From an uncultured Bacteroidales bacterium (GTDB lineage: Bacteria; Bacteroidota; Bacteroidia; Bacteroidales; CAZJDA01): a stretch of 64,000 bases of DNA. The notes under the pieces were generated by a model, which saw nothing but the letters and a program-made list of their open reading frames with translations, was not told the origin of the DNA and did no database searches. Positions 56,121 through 64,000 of the stretch are shown one piece after another. The stretch spans positions 21,620-85,619 of the forward strand of contig CAZJDA010000011.1 in NCBI GenBank assembly GCA_964544705.1. The letters are read 5' to 3'. Within the stretch, counting starts at the first letter, position 1. Every line of letters begins with the position of its first letter. Made by a program: the position numbers and the translations under genes.

Positions 56121-58856
56121 TTATGTGGACAACTTTTTTCTCAAGATTTTTATTTCATTTACCAATTTTGATTCATTCTGTCTAACTTTGGTGATATCAT
56201 TGGCAAGTACTAGTATTTTATAATAATTGCCGTCATCATTTTTTATGGGAGTGAAAGTTTCAAAAAGCCAGGTTTCTTTCCCATTAAAAAAGTATTGATG
56301 TCCGCCTTTATGAATATCTCCATAGGCAAGGTTTTTCCATAATTGCTTATACTCTTCTGAGCTGGCTTTGTCTTCTGCCATAAATTCATCATGAGGTTTT
56401 CCAACAAATTCATCTTTAGGAATACCGGCAAATTCGGCATATTTGTCATTAACACTGATAAAAACACCATCAAGACCAATTTCAGCAGTGCCTATAGAAT
56501 TATTAATGGCTTGATGTTTTTCTTCAAGTTCTTTTTCCTTGGCTTTAAGCTCTTCTTGTTGTAAAACTCTTTCTGTTATATTGTAAGCTAATTTCATTAC
56601 TTTCACTACTTCATTCCTGTCATTATAAATAGGAGCATAGGTTTCAGAAAGCCATAAAGATTTATCCTTAAACTCAATATGATTGATTTCTTTCACAAAT
56701 TTCCCTTTTAATACATCTTTCCAAAGGTTTGAGTATTTACCCGAGGTATCATCCAAGCCGTCAAAAATTGACACACCTATCAAATCCTCTTTATCTTCGC
56801 CCAATAAGCTGGCAAAGGCTTCGTTAATATCGATCATATTTCCTTTAAGGTCGTATTCTGCTTTAAGTGTAGATTGGTTCACTGCATCTAATAATCCTTT
56901 CAGTTCTGTTTCCCTTCTTAATGACTCTTCTTTTGTTGATTGCATTTCTTCAATATTCTGCCTTAGCTCTTCTTCTTGCTGCGATAGTTTCTCACTTTTG
57001 CTATTGGATTCTTCAAGCAACCGGTTGGTTTTTAGGTTTATCATTACATTCATAACAGTAGATGCAAAATTACTGGTTACTTTTTCAAGGAAATCAAAAT
57101 GGTATTTTCCCATCTTTTCAATAGAGGTTATTTCTAAAACTCCAAGCACTTTTTCATCAATAATAAGTGGGCAAAGTAGCAATACATTAGGCTCGGCATC
57201 ACCCAAGCCAGAAGTAATCCTGACGTAGCGATCTGGGATATCTGTAAGATATATTCTTTGTTTTTCTTTAGCACAAGCGCCTATAAGGCCTTCTCCCCAT
57301 TCAATACGCTTTTCAAGGAATTTTCTCCTGTCGTATGCATAACAAGCTTTTAATTCAAAGAATTTTTCATGAGGATTTTCGTCATTTAAGATAAAAACAC
57401 CCCCTTGCATAGCACTGATATATCTTACCAGTTCTGTAATAAAACTATAGGAAAGTTCTTCAAGGTTATCATTATTTTCCCTGAAAAGGTCATTGAATTT
57501 TGCCAGGCCTTTATTGCTCCAATTTATCTTTTCTTCTTCTTTCCTCCTTTTTTCCTCTATTTCTTTGGCTTTTACCAAACCAATATGCATTTTTAGAAGT
57601 GATTTACCAAATTCATCTTCTTTACTGGCAAGTTCAAGGTTATTATCCAACTCGCCTCTTCCTATCTTCCTAGCAAATTCATTTTTTATATTCAGGTTAA
57701 CAATAAGCTTATTAAGGGCATTGGATATTTCTTCAATCTCATCTCCCCTAGAAATATTCAAATTCATTTTCTCATCGATTTTTCCTTTTGCAATTTCTCT
57801 AAGTTGTTTGGTGATTTTTTCTATAGGATTTGTAATATTTCTCGTCACTAAAAATATAATAACACCAAGCAATAATAGTCCAATGGCAGCAACAATCAAT
57901 GAATTATTAATATTACTATTGGCTTTAGAAAGGATGGCACTTTTAGGCACTGCAATGCCAAGATACCAATAGGTGCCTGTTTCTCCAATTTTTATGGGCG
58001 AATAGTAAGCATAGTACTTTTTATCTTCATCAGTTACTTTTTCAATAGAGAATGCCTTTCCTGTTTTTAATTTCTCATGCAAATTGAATCCCGGTTTTTT
58101 TGTTGGATTTTTCTTTGCCACTTTGTTGAGGAAATTAGAATTAGGATGCCCTGCATATTTTGCATTGTGTGTTAATAAAAAGGCATAACTGCCTTCGGCG
58201 CCTTTGATTTTAACATTGTTCACAATATCTTGGAACTGCTCTAAAGTAATATCAAGGGCTACCACTCCAATAAACGTATTGTTTTTCATCACAGGCTCCC
58301 AAAGCGTTGCCATAAGCTTAGTTTCTTCAGCTTTACCGAAAACATCGGTGTAAATTTCAGAAATAAGCTCTTTCTCCCGTTCTTTATAAAGTTTGTAAAG
58401 TTCGGGGTCGCCTTCCATACTTCGTAATTCTTGGTTAAATTTAATGCCACCGCCCTGCCTAAAGTAACTATTGGCAATTCTTCCGTATGGTTTGTGGTAG
58501 GTTGAATCAATATGTTGTAGCTCCCAACTGTCCCAAATTTGGTATATAGATTCATTAGCGCTAAAAATATCGGAATACATCAAGTTAATAAGTTCAAGCC
58601 ATTGATCTTTTGGTAAATAATCGTAATTTTCAAAAGCTTGTCCTAATGTTCGTACAATAGCAAAATATTCGTTGAGTTTGCTTTCTATTTTGCTGGCATT
58701 TTTTTCCGATTGAACATCAATAATACGCTGTATATTCTTTTGGATATCATTTTTGTTTTTAATACTTATATATCCTACAGCCGCCAAAAAAACTATAGAC
58801 GTTGAAATAAGTATAATGGCTATGATTTTGTAGCGTAATTTTAGTTTAAATTTCAT
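56121..58856 (-). CDS. membrane sensor protein: Cache-like periplasmic domain, HAMP, GAF, coiled coil, 2 PAS; no recognisable output domain
   Basis: 911 aa with two TM helices flanking a ~290-aa periplasmic region. The HAMP segment is NPIEKITKQLREIAKGKIDE and the GAF segment is GEGLIGACAKEKQRIYLTDIP. Two PAS-like blocks run to the C-terminus. Confidence 0.75.
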   Translation of the reverse strand: MKFKLKLRYKIIAIILISTSIVFLAAVGYISIKNKNDIQKNIQRIIDVQSEKNASKIESKLNEYFAIVRTLGQAFENYDYLPKDQWLELINLMYSDIFSANESIYQIWDSWELQHIDSTYHKPYGRIANSYFRQGGGIKFNQELRSMEGDPELYKLYKEREKELISEIYTDVFGKAEETKLMATLWEPVMKNNTFIGVVALDITLEQFQDIVNNVKIKGAEGSYAFLLTHNAKYAGHPNSNFLNKVAKKNPTKKPGFNLHEKLKTGKAFSIEKVTDEDKKYYAYYSPIKIGETGTYWYLGIAVPKSAILSKANSNINNSLIVAAIGLLLLGVIIFLVTRNITNPIEKITKQLREIAKGKIDEKMNLNISRGDEIEEISNALNKLIVNLNIKNEFARKIGRGELDNNLELASKEDEFGKSLLKMHIGLVKAKEIEEKRRKEEEKINWSNKGLAKFNDLFRENNDNLEELSYSFITELVRYISAMQGGVFILNDENPHEKFFELKACYAYDRRKFLEKRIEWGEGLIGACAKEKQRIYLTDIPDRYVRITSGLGDAEPNVLLLCPLIIDEKVLGVLEITSIEKMGKYHFDFLEKVTSNFASTVMNVMINLKTNRLLEESNSKSEKLSQQEEELRQNIEEMQSTKEESLRRETELKGLLDAVNQSTLKAEYDLKGNMIDINEAFASLLGEDKEDLIGVSIFDGLDDTSGKYSNLWKDVLKGKFVKEINHIEFKDKSLWLSETYAPIYNDRNEVVKVMKLAYNITERVLQQEELKAKEKELEEKHQAINNSIGTAEIGLDGVFISVNDKYAEFAGIPKDEFVGKPHDEFMAEDKASSEEYKQLWKNLAYGDIHKGGHQYFFNGKETWLFETFTPIKNDDGNYYKILVLANDITKVRQNESKLVNEIKILRKKLST

Positions 58857-59100
58857 ATGTTAAATTTTAATGAAATAAAAATTCAATGATGTATAACTTA
58901 TGCAAAGTTAAAAATATAGGGTAGATATTTTTACGATTATTGCTTCTCTTTTAGCAAATATATAACATAAAGTTTAAATTGTGGTAATGCAATATTAAAA
59001 TTTGGAATAAGAAGCCCTTTAAATATTTTGTTTTTTACTACATAATTCATAAATTTACACGAAATTATTAATTCATTATTAACCATCTTTATTTTGCAAT

Positions 59101-60159
59101 ATGACAGATCCTAATAAACTTCGCGATATTGTTTTAAAAAGGCGCAATGCACTTAAAACAGAAAAGCTTGATATGTCTTTTGGCGAATTAATTAACATGT
59201 ACGAGGAAGGGATGTTTTTTATCTCTCCCGAGTACCAAAGAGCTTTTCGTTGGGATATATTCCAGCAAACGCAATTTATAGAATCAATTTTACTCGGTAT
59301 TCCAATCCCTCCCATTTATATTGCTGTAGAAAAAGATGGCAAATGGGAGCTTGTTGATGGTTTGCAACGTATTTCAACCATATTATCTTTTTTTGGCGCT
59401 TTGAACGGTACTCCAAAAAACAACCTTGAACTCACCAAAGGAGATGTTGTAGAAGAATTGGAAGGCCATACGTTTAACACAATGCCGGTTGTATTGAGGA
59501 TTAATTTAAAAAGGGCTATATGCAGAATTGAACTTATAAACTCCGACAGCAGCGTTGATATGCGCTATCAGTTATTTAACAGGCTTAACAAAGGGTCTTA
59601 TCCACTTACAGAGCAAGAAATTAGGAATTGTATCTTTAGAGGCGAGCATAATCAACTTAATAAACTCACACTGGATATAGGACGTAGCGAGCTTTTCAAA
59701 GCTGTGATCCAACCTACTGAAAGACAAATAGACGAGATGTTTTGCGAGGAGTTGGTATTACGTTTTTTTGCAATTAAAAATATTGGCCCGGTGTTTAAAA
59801 TAAGCCTTCAAAAACATTTGTCGGAATTTATGAAAAAAGTTACTGAAAAAGAGGTTGAATTTGATTTTGAAGGCGAAAGAGAAACCCTTGACAAAATTTT
59901 GCATTTTACTCATGATAAACTGGATCATAAAATTTTTAGGGGCGCCAATGGGGTTTTCTCTTCTTTCCAGTATGATGCTATTATGATGAACCTCAATGAA
60001 TATTTTGAATACTATGAAAAGAACCCTGAAGAATTCAAAGAAAAAACAGAAAAATTAAAAGAGGACAAACGGTTTAGGCGGATCGTGCAAAAATCACAAG
60101 CCAAAGATAAAATTGCCAAATTGATCAAAATGGCAGAACGCGTTTTAAAACCAAGCTAA
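59101..60159 (+). CDS. DUF262 (ParB/GmrSD-N-like) domain protein
   Basis: 352 aa with ISPEYQRAFRW, IESILLGIPIPPIYI, DGLQRIST and FNRLNKGSYPLTEQEIRNC. I recognised no DUF1524/HNH C-terminal nuclease. Confidence 0.8.
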   Translation: MTDPNKLRDIVLKRRNALKTEKLDMSFGELINMYEEGMFFISPEYQRAFRWDIFQQTQFIESILLGIPIPPIYIAVEKDGKWELVDGLQRISTILSFFGALNGTPKNNLELTKGDVVEELEGHTFNTMPVVLRINLKRAICRIELINSDSSVDMRYQLFNRLNKGSYPLTEQEIRNCIFRGEHNQLNKLTLDIGRSELFKAVIQPTERQIDEMFCEELVLRFFAIKNIGPVFKISLQKHLSEFMKKVTEKEVEFDFEGERETLDKILHFTHDKLDHKIFRGANGVFSSFQYDAIMMNLNEYFEYYEKNPEEFKEKTEKLKEDKRFRRIVQKSQAKDKIAKLIKMAERVLKPS

Positions 60160-60160
60160 T

Positions 60161-60916
60161 ATGCGAATAAAAAAATTATGGGTCTTTTTACTAGTTCCTG
60201 GTATTGCAATTTTATGGTATATGATCATGATTACTTTATCATCCAATAGAAAACTAACCAGGTTGACCCAACAAAAAGAAAAGGAGGTTATGCATATCAA
60301 CGATAGCACTATACAATTGCCAAAAGCAGATACCACGGGAAAGGTGTCTATAGAAAAAGTCCTTCATACACGTAGGTCTGTGAGGGAATATGCCAAAGAG
60401 CCCATAGCTATTGAAAAAATTTCACAACTTTTATGGGCAGCTTATGGAGTTACTGATTCAACAAGCCACCCGGGGTTGTATCTTAAAACAACACCATCGG
60501 CAGGCGCTTTATATCCATTAAGCATTTACCTTGTTGCCGGTAATATAGAAAATTTAAAACCCGGGTTATACAAATACAAACCGGTTGACCATAGTTTGGT
60601 AAAGAAAAAAGAAGGAGACTTACGCAAACCATTATACGAGGCTGCTTTAATGCAATCTACCATATTGGAAGCCAAAGCATTAATTTTGATTACTTGCGAT
60701 TATAGTAAAACCACCATCAAATATGATAACAGGGGCAAGCGTTATGTACACATGGAAGCCGGGCACGCAGCCCAGAATGTTTACCTGCAAGGCTGTGCCC
60801 TAGATGTTGGCGTATGCGTTATAGGCGCCTTCTCCGATGAGCTTATCAGCAAGAAAATGTCACTACCTCAAGAAGAAACGCCATTGTATATTGTTGCGAT
60901 GGGGAGAAATAAATAA
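60161..60916 (+). CDS. membrane-anchored SagB-type nitroreductase-family protein
   Basis: 251 aa with an N-terminal TM helix. It carries RRSVREY, LLWAAYGVT, TTPSAGALYPLSIYLV, PGLYKY and EAGHAAQNVYLQ. Its ATG lies 1 nt after the DUF262 stop. Confidence 0.8.
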   Translation: MRIKKLWVFLLVPGIAILWYMIMITLSSNRKLTRLTQQKEKEVMHINDSTIQLPKADTTGKVSIEKVLHTRRSVREYAKEPIAIEKISQLLWAAYGVTDSTSHPGLYLKTTPSAGALYPLSIYLVAGNIENLKPGLYKYKPVDHSLVKKKEGDLRKPLYEAALMQSTILEAKALILITCDYSKTTIKYDNRGKRYVHMEAGHAAQNVYLQGCALDVGVCVIGAFSDELISKKMSLPQEETPLYIVAMGRNK

Positions 60917-61372
60917 TGAATATTTAGACAGAATCACTTTGCAGAACCATTATGATAGTAGGAATCAGGAGGGCGATTTTACTTCTATTTTGAAATAATT
61001 CCTAATACAAGACACCGGGTTCTTTTTCGTTTTTCTTTAATTCATAAAATAGCCAACCCGAGTTATAGGAATTCCTGTTAAAGTATGAAGCCTCTGAGAA
61101 TCAGTCCTCAACATCAAAAATTAAGTACTTTAAATTGATTGTATGTTCAATTTGTAATTTATCCTTTTTTACAAGGCTGATGAATGAGCTATCCTTATTG
61201 ATAACTCCATCAAACTCCCTCAAATCTTTATTCAAATTCAGAGAATTGATTTCATTGCTATTGGGTGGCAATTTTAATTGGTGATTAATTTTATAATTAC
61301 CAAACGAAGAATCTATACCCCAAAGCTTTCATGCATAAGAACCGTTGTAATAATCAAGCCTGAAAAGGAAAT

Positions 61373-61824
61373 TTACACCATCATCTTCCGCTTCTCAATT
61401 AAATCATAAATAATATCTACAATCTCTTGGCTACTCATGGTTGAACGGTTGAAGATGATATCAAAAATATTATCATCAGTTTCTAGTGTTAAGTCAACAA
61501 AGAAATGACGCATCAACTGTTTGGCAATTTGCTCAATTACAACAATATAGATACTCAACAATAAATGTGACGCGTCGCTAGTTTTGAGAAATAATCCCTG
61601 GATTTTTTCCTTTTGATATCCATTTCAATTGTATAGGGTTTTACCTTTTCTTCAGGAAGTTTTCTTTTTTCCATTACAGCATTAATTCGCCATTCCAAGG
61701 GGGCAGTTAATCTTACATGCAATGATTTTGGATGGTTCCTGGTAATGGTAACACCACCTCTACCAATAAGAATCACCTTACCTTTATTGGCAATAGAAAG
61801 AATGACTTTGGCATGAAGTAAAAA
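61373..61824 (-). pseudogene. cytidylate-kinase-like family gene remnant (N-terminally truncated, frame-shifted)
   Basis: The middle part (KGKVILIGRGGVTI...LHVRLTAPLEWRINAVMEKRKL) and the C-terminal part (FDIIFNRSTMSSQEIVDIIYDLIEKRK) lie in different frames. They are separated by motif copy B. The P-loop N-terminus is absent, and the open frame begins 10 nt (2 in-frame stop codons) after the stop of the upstream gene. Confidence 0.6.
61546..61581 (-). repeat. 36-nt dispersed motif, copy B
   Basis: The minus-strand sequence is CTAGCGACGCGTCACATTTATTGTTGAGTATCTATA. A weaker direct echo (GATGCGTCATTTCTTTG, complement of 61501-61517) lies about 60 nt downstream. Confidence 0.8.
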
Positions 61825-61833
61825 TTATCAACG

Positions 61834-63237
61834 TTAAAATTCATAAATTTCAGTCTTTTGAGGGATCACAATTTTACCAAAGCCTTTGGAAATAAGATGT
61901 TCCCTAAGCTTTTCCTGTGGCTTATATTCACCGTGGACTAAAAATGTCTTCTTAACTTTGCTTATTTCTTGTTGACAAAGAAAATCTGCCAGTTCTTTAT
62001 AATCGGCATGAGCGCTAAAGGAATCAATTTTTCGTATTTCTGCATTTACTTGGTAATGATTGCCGTGTATCGATACATTTTTTGCACCACTAAGTATTTT
62101 AGCGCCTAATGTTCTGGGTGCACAATACCCAACAGCCAATATAGTTGTTCTGGGGTTGGAAATATTATTGGCCAAATGGTGCTTTACCCTTCCAGCTTCC
62201 ATCATACCGCTGGCAGAAATAATAATACAGGGTTCATCAAGATGGTTCAACCTTTTTGATTCTTTTACGTCCTGGGTATAATGCAAATTACCAAAACCGA
62301 ATGGGTCAGGGTCTGTTTTCATATAATTCAATATTTTTTTATTGAAACACTCCGGGTGAAGTCTAAAAATATTGGTAGCATTGGTAGAAAGCGGGCTGTC
62401 AACAAAAACCTTTATTGGAGGCAATTTCCCTTCAGTTTGTAGCCTATCAAGCGTATAAATGATTTCTTGTGACCTGCCAATGCTAAAAGAAGGTATGATA
62501 AGCTTTCCTTTTTTCTCAACACAGGTGTCTTTAACAATTTCTAAAATATCTACTTCACTGGTGGAATAATCGCTATGAGTCCTGTCACCATAAGTGGATT
62601 CAGTAATGATGTAATCTGCTTGGGGAAAAGGTTGAGGTGAACGCAAGATCCGGTTCTTAGGCCTGCCAACATCACCGGTAAAAGCCACTTGAACAAGTTG
62701 CCCGTTATTATTAAGTTCAAGGTTTACCACTGCGCTACCGAGAATATGCCCGGCATCTGTAAAAGTAAGATACGCTTCGCCGGGTATAATTTCAATTCTT
62801 TTTTTGTAAGGCACACTTATAAAATGCTCCATGGCTTTATCTGCATCTTCGGAAGTATAGATCGGTTTAACAGGTGGAAGATTTTGCCTTGCCCTCTTTT
62901 TATTGAAATAATACGTATCATGCTCCTGTATATGTCCTGAATCGGCCAGCATAATGGCACATAAGTCTCTTGTGGCATGGGTGCAAAAAACTTTCCCATC
63001 AAATCCATGCTTTACAATGTAAGGAACCAAACCGGAATGATCAATATGGGCATGTGATAAAACAAGATAATCAATGCTTTTGGGTTGAAAACCCAGGTTC
63101 CTGTTAAGTGAATCTGTTTCCAATCCTTTGCCTTGATACATGCCACAATCAAGTAAAATGGTTTTACCCGAGTTTAATGTGATAAGATGTTTACTACCTG
63201 TTACTTCTTGGGCTGCTCCCAGGAATTGTATATTCAT
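61834..63237 (-). CDS. MBL-fold beta-CASP RNA-metabolising hydrolase
   Basis: 467 aa with the HAHIDHSG motif. beta-CASP-like motifs and an RNA-specificity C-terminal region (FSAHADYKEL, LVHGE) are present. Confidence 0.88.
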   Translation of the reverse strand: MNIQFLGAAQEVTGSKHLITLNSGKTILLDCGMYQGKGLETDSLNRNLGFQPKSIDYLVLSHAHIDHSGLVPYIVKHGFDGKVFCTHATRDLCAIMLADSGHIQEHDTYYFNKKRARQNLPPVKPIYTSEDADKAMEHFISVPYKKRIEIIPGEAYLTFTDAGHILGSAVVNLELNNNGQLVQVAFTGDVGRPKNRILRSPQPFPQADYIITESTYGDRTHSDYSTSEVDILEIVKDTCVEKKGKLIIPSFSIGRSQEIIYTLDRLQTEGKLPPIKVFVDSPLSTNATNIFRLHPECFNKKILNYMKTDPDPFGFGNLHYTQDVKESKRLNHLDEPCIIISASGMMEAGRVKHHLANNISNPRTTILAVGYCAPRTLGAKILSGAKNVSIHGNHYQVNAEIRKIDSFSAHADYKELADFLCQQEISKVKKTFLVHGEYKPQEKLREHLISKGFGKIVIPQKTEIYEF

Positions 63238-63284
63238 AAGTTTGTGGTCTTTAAAAAATTATTCAAGCAGTTTTAATAGTAGTG

Positions 63285-64000
63285 CTACCTTTCTATCGTA
63301 TTATTGCAAGCAAATGCGGCGCTACCCATAATGCCTGCGTTATTTAAGTTTTTTGCAATGGCTACCTCGGTATCTAATTTGATATATTTGAAAAACTTCT
63401 CCTCTTTGTTTGTCACTCCACCGCCAATAATGATCAATTCAGGGCGGATCAGTTTATCCAAGGATTCCAAGTAAAAATTGAACCGTTTACCCCATTTTTT
63501 CCAAGAAAGGCCTTTGTTTTTTCTAACCTTGTCTGAACAATACTCTTCTGCTGTTTTATTCTTTTTCAATAGCATATGCCCCAGCTCTGTATTTTCGTAT
63601 AATTCACCATTGGTGAAAAGCGCGGTACCTACGCCTGTTCCAACAGTAACCATCACAATATTCCCTTTTTTCCCTTTCCCGGCACCATACTGCATTTCTG
63701 CAATTCCTGCTGCGTCAGCATCGTTGAGAACATGAACAGGATTACCGGATTCTTGAGAAAAGAGTTTAATCACATTTGTTCCTATCCATTTATTATGAAT
63801 ATTAGTAGCTGTTAGTACCATCCCATTTTTTATTACAGCTGGGAAACCACAACCGATAGGCCCTTTCCATGAAAAATGTTCTACGATCTTAACAAAAGCC
63901 TTTGCCATGGCTTTCGGTTTAGCCGGGCTTGGTGTCGGAATCTTACGTCTTTCTGCAACCAAATCCCCGGTTTCACAATCTACAAGGGCACCTTTTAAAG
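63285..64000 (-). CDS. ROK-family kinase (polyphosphate glucokinase-like), 5' end beyond the window
   Basis: The frame stays open to the window edge (..FKGALVDCETGDLVAERRKIPTP..). ROK motifs are present (LNDADAAGIAEM, VTVGTGVGTALF). Confidence 0.8.
   Translation of the reverse strand, partial: LKGALVDCETGDLVAERRKIPTPSPAKPKAMAKAFVKIVEHFSWKGPIGCGFPAVIKNGMVLTATNIHNKWIGTNVIKLFSQESGNPVHVLNDADAAGIAEMQYGAGKGKKGNIVMVTVGTGVGTALFTNGELYENTELGHMLLKKNKTAEEYCSDKVRKNKGLSWKKWGKRFNFYLESLDKLIRPELIIIGGGVTNKEEKFFKYIKLDTEVAIAKNLNNAGIMGSAAFACNNTIER

Noticed and set aside
61101-61328. A 75-codon open frame on the minus strand (KLWGIDSSFGNYKINHQ...FDVED*) might be a gene.
   Set aside because: It has no ATG, GTG or convincing TTG start and no recognisable motif, and it lies in a decayed region. 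I mention it only as a possible relic.
24316-61581. A 37-kb segment is bracketed by direct copies of the 36-nt motif. I considered a genomic island or integrative element with att-like repeats.
   Set aside because: The interior holds core genes (ung, rnc, fabF, acpP, lgt, lnt, polyprenyl synthase). It contains no integrase, conjugation or phage genes, and the repeats differ at 5 of 36 positions. The copies are better explained as independent small insertions or footprints.

Overview
The window looks like an AT-rich Bacteroidota chromosome segment. Three proteins carry type A T9SS C-terminal sorting domains, TAnnTTTG-type -7 promoter boxes sit upstream of many genes, atpD-atpC stand alone, and acpP-fabF-rnc are clustered. 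I saw no rRNA, tRNA or CRISPR array by eye.

Most of the window is housekeeping and envelope content: rsmI, tadA, ribF, atpDC, ung, rnc, fabF, acpP, a polyprenyl synthase, lgt x2, lnt, a pseudouridine synthase, a beta-CASP hydrolase and a partial ROK kinase. Signal-transduction genes are also abundant:
- a LytS/LytTR/LiaF-like module
- a periplasmic propeller-PP2C phosphatase
- a 1285-aa REC-PAS-GAF-HisKA_3 kinase with a LuxR regulator
- a 911-aa Cache-HAMP-GAF-PAS protein with no output domain

Accessory or unusual content, in order along the window:
1. An AT-rich Dam-class methyltransferase gene overlaps an unclassified 425-aa PD-(D/E)XK-like gene, a candidate R-M pair.
2. A DUF302 gene is followed 1 nt later by an untracked 56-aa TM/Cys-rich ORF.
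3. A 5'-truncated IS1634-like transposase relic ends exactly at a 36-nt motif with the palindrome GTGACGCGTCAC. The motif recurs inside a decayed cytidylate-kinase-like gene at 61.5 kb and, in part, in an inverted-repeat element at 46.9 kb.
4. A 2727-aa T9SS-sorted protein combines two lamin-tail-like domains, an Endonuclease I domain and large near-identical tandem coding repeats (2 x 876 bp and 3 x 804 bp).
5. A cobalamin riboswitch heads a four-gene operon: two T9SS-sorted proteins, a BtuB-like receptor and a propeller lipoprotein. A riboswitch-fragment-like structure lies inside the operon.
6. Two lgt paralogues sit in tandem, one with an ~85-aa insertion, close to lnt.
7. A glycosyltransferase/DUF354 cluster lies divergent from lnt.
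8. A DUF262 gene sits 1 nt upstream of a membrane-anchored SagB-like nitroreductase gene.

All calls rest on manual motif recognition and the supplied ORF track. No database search, covariance model or composition statistic could be run.
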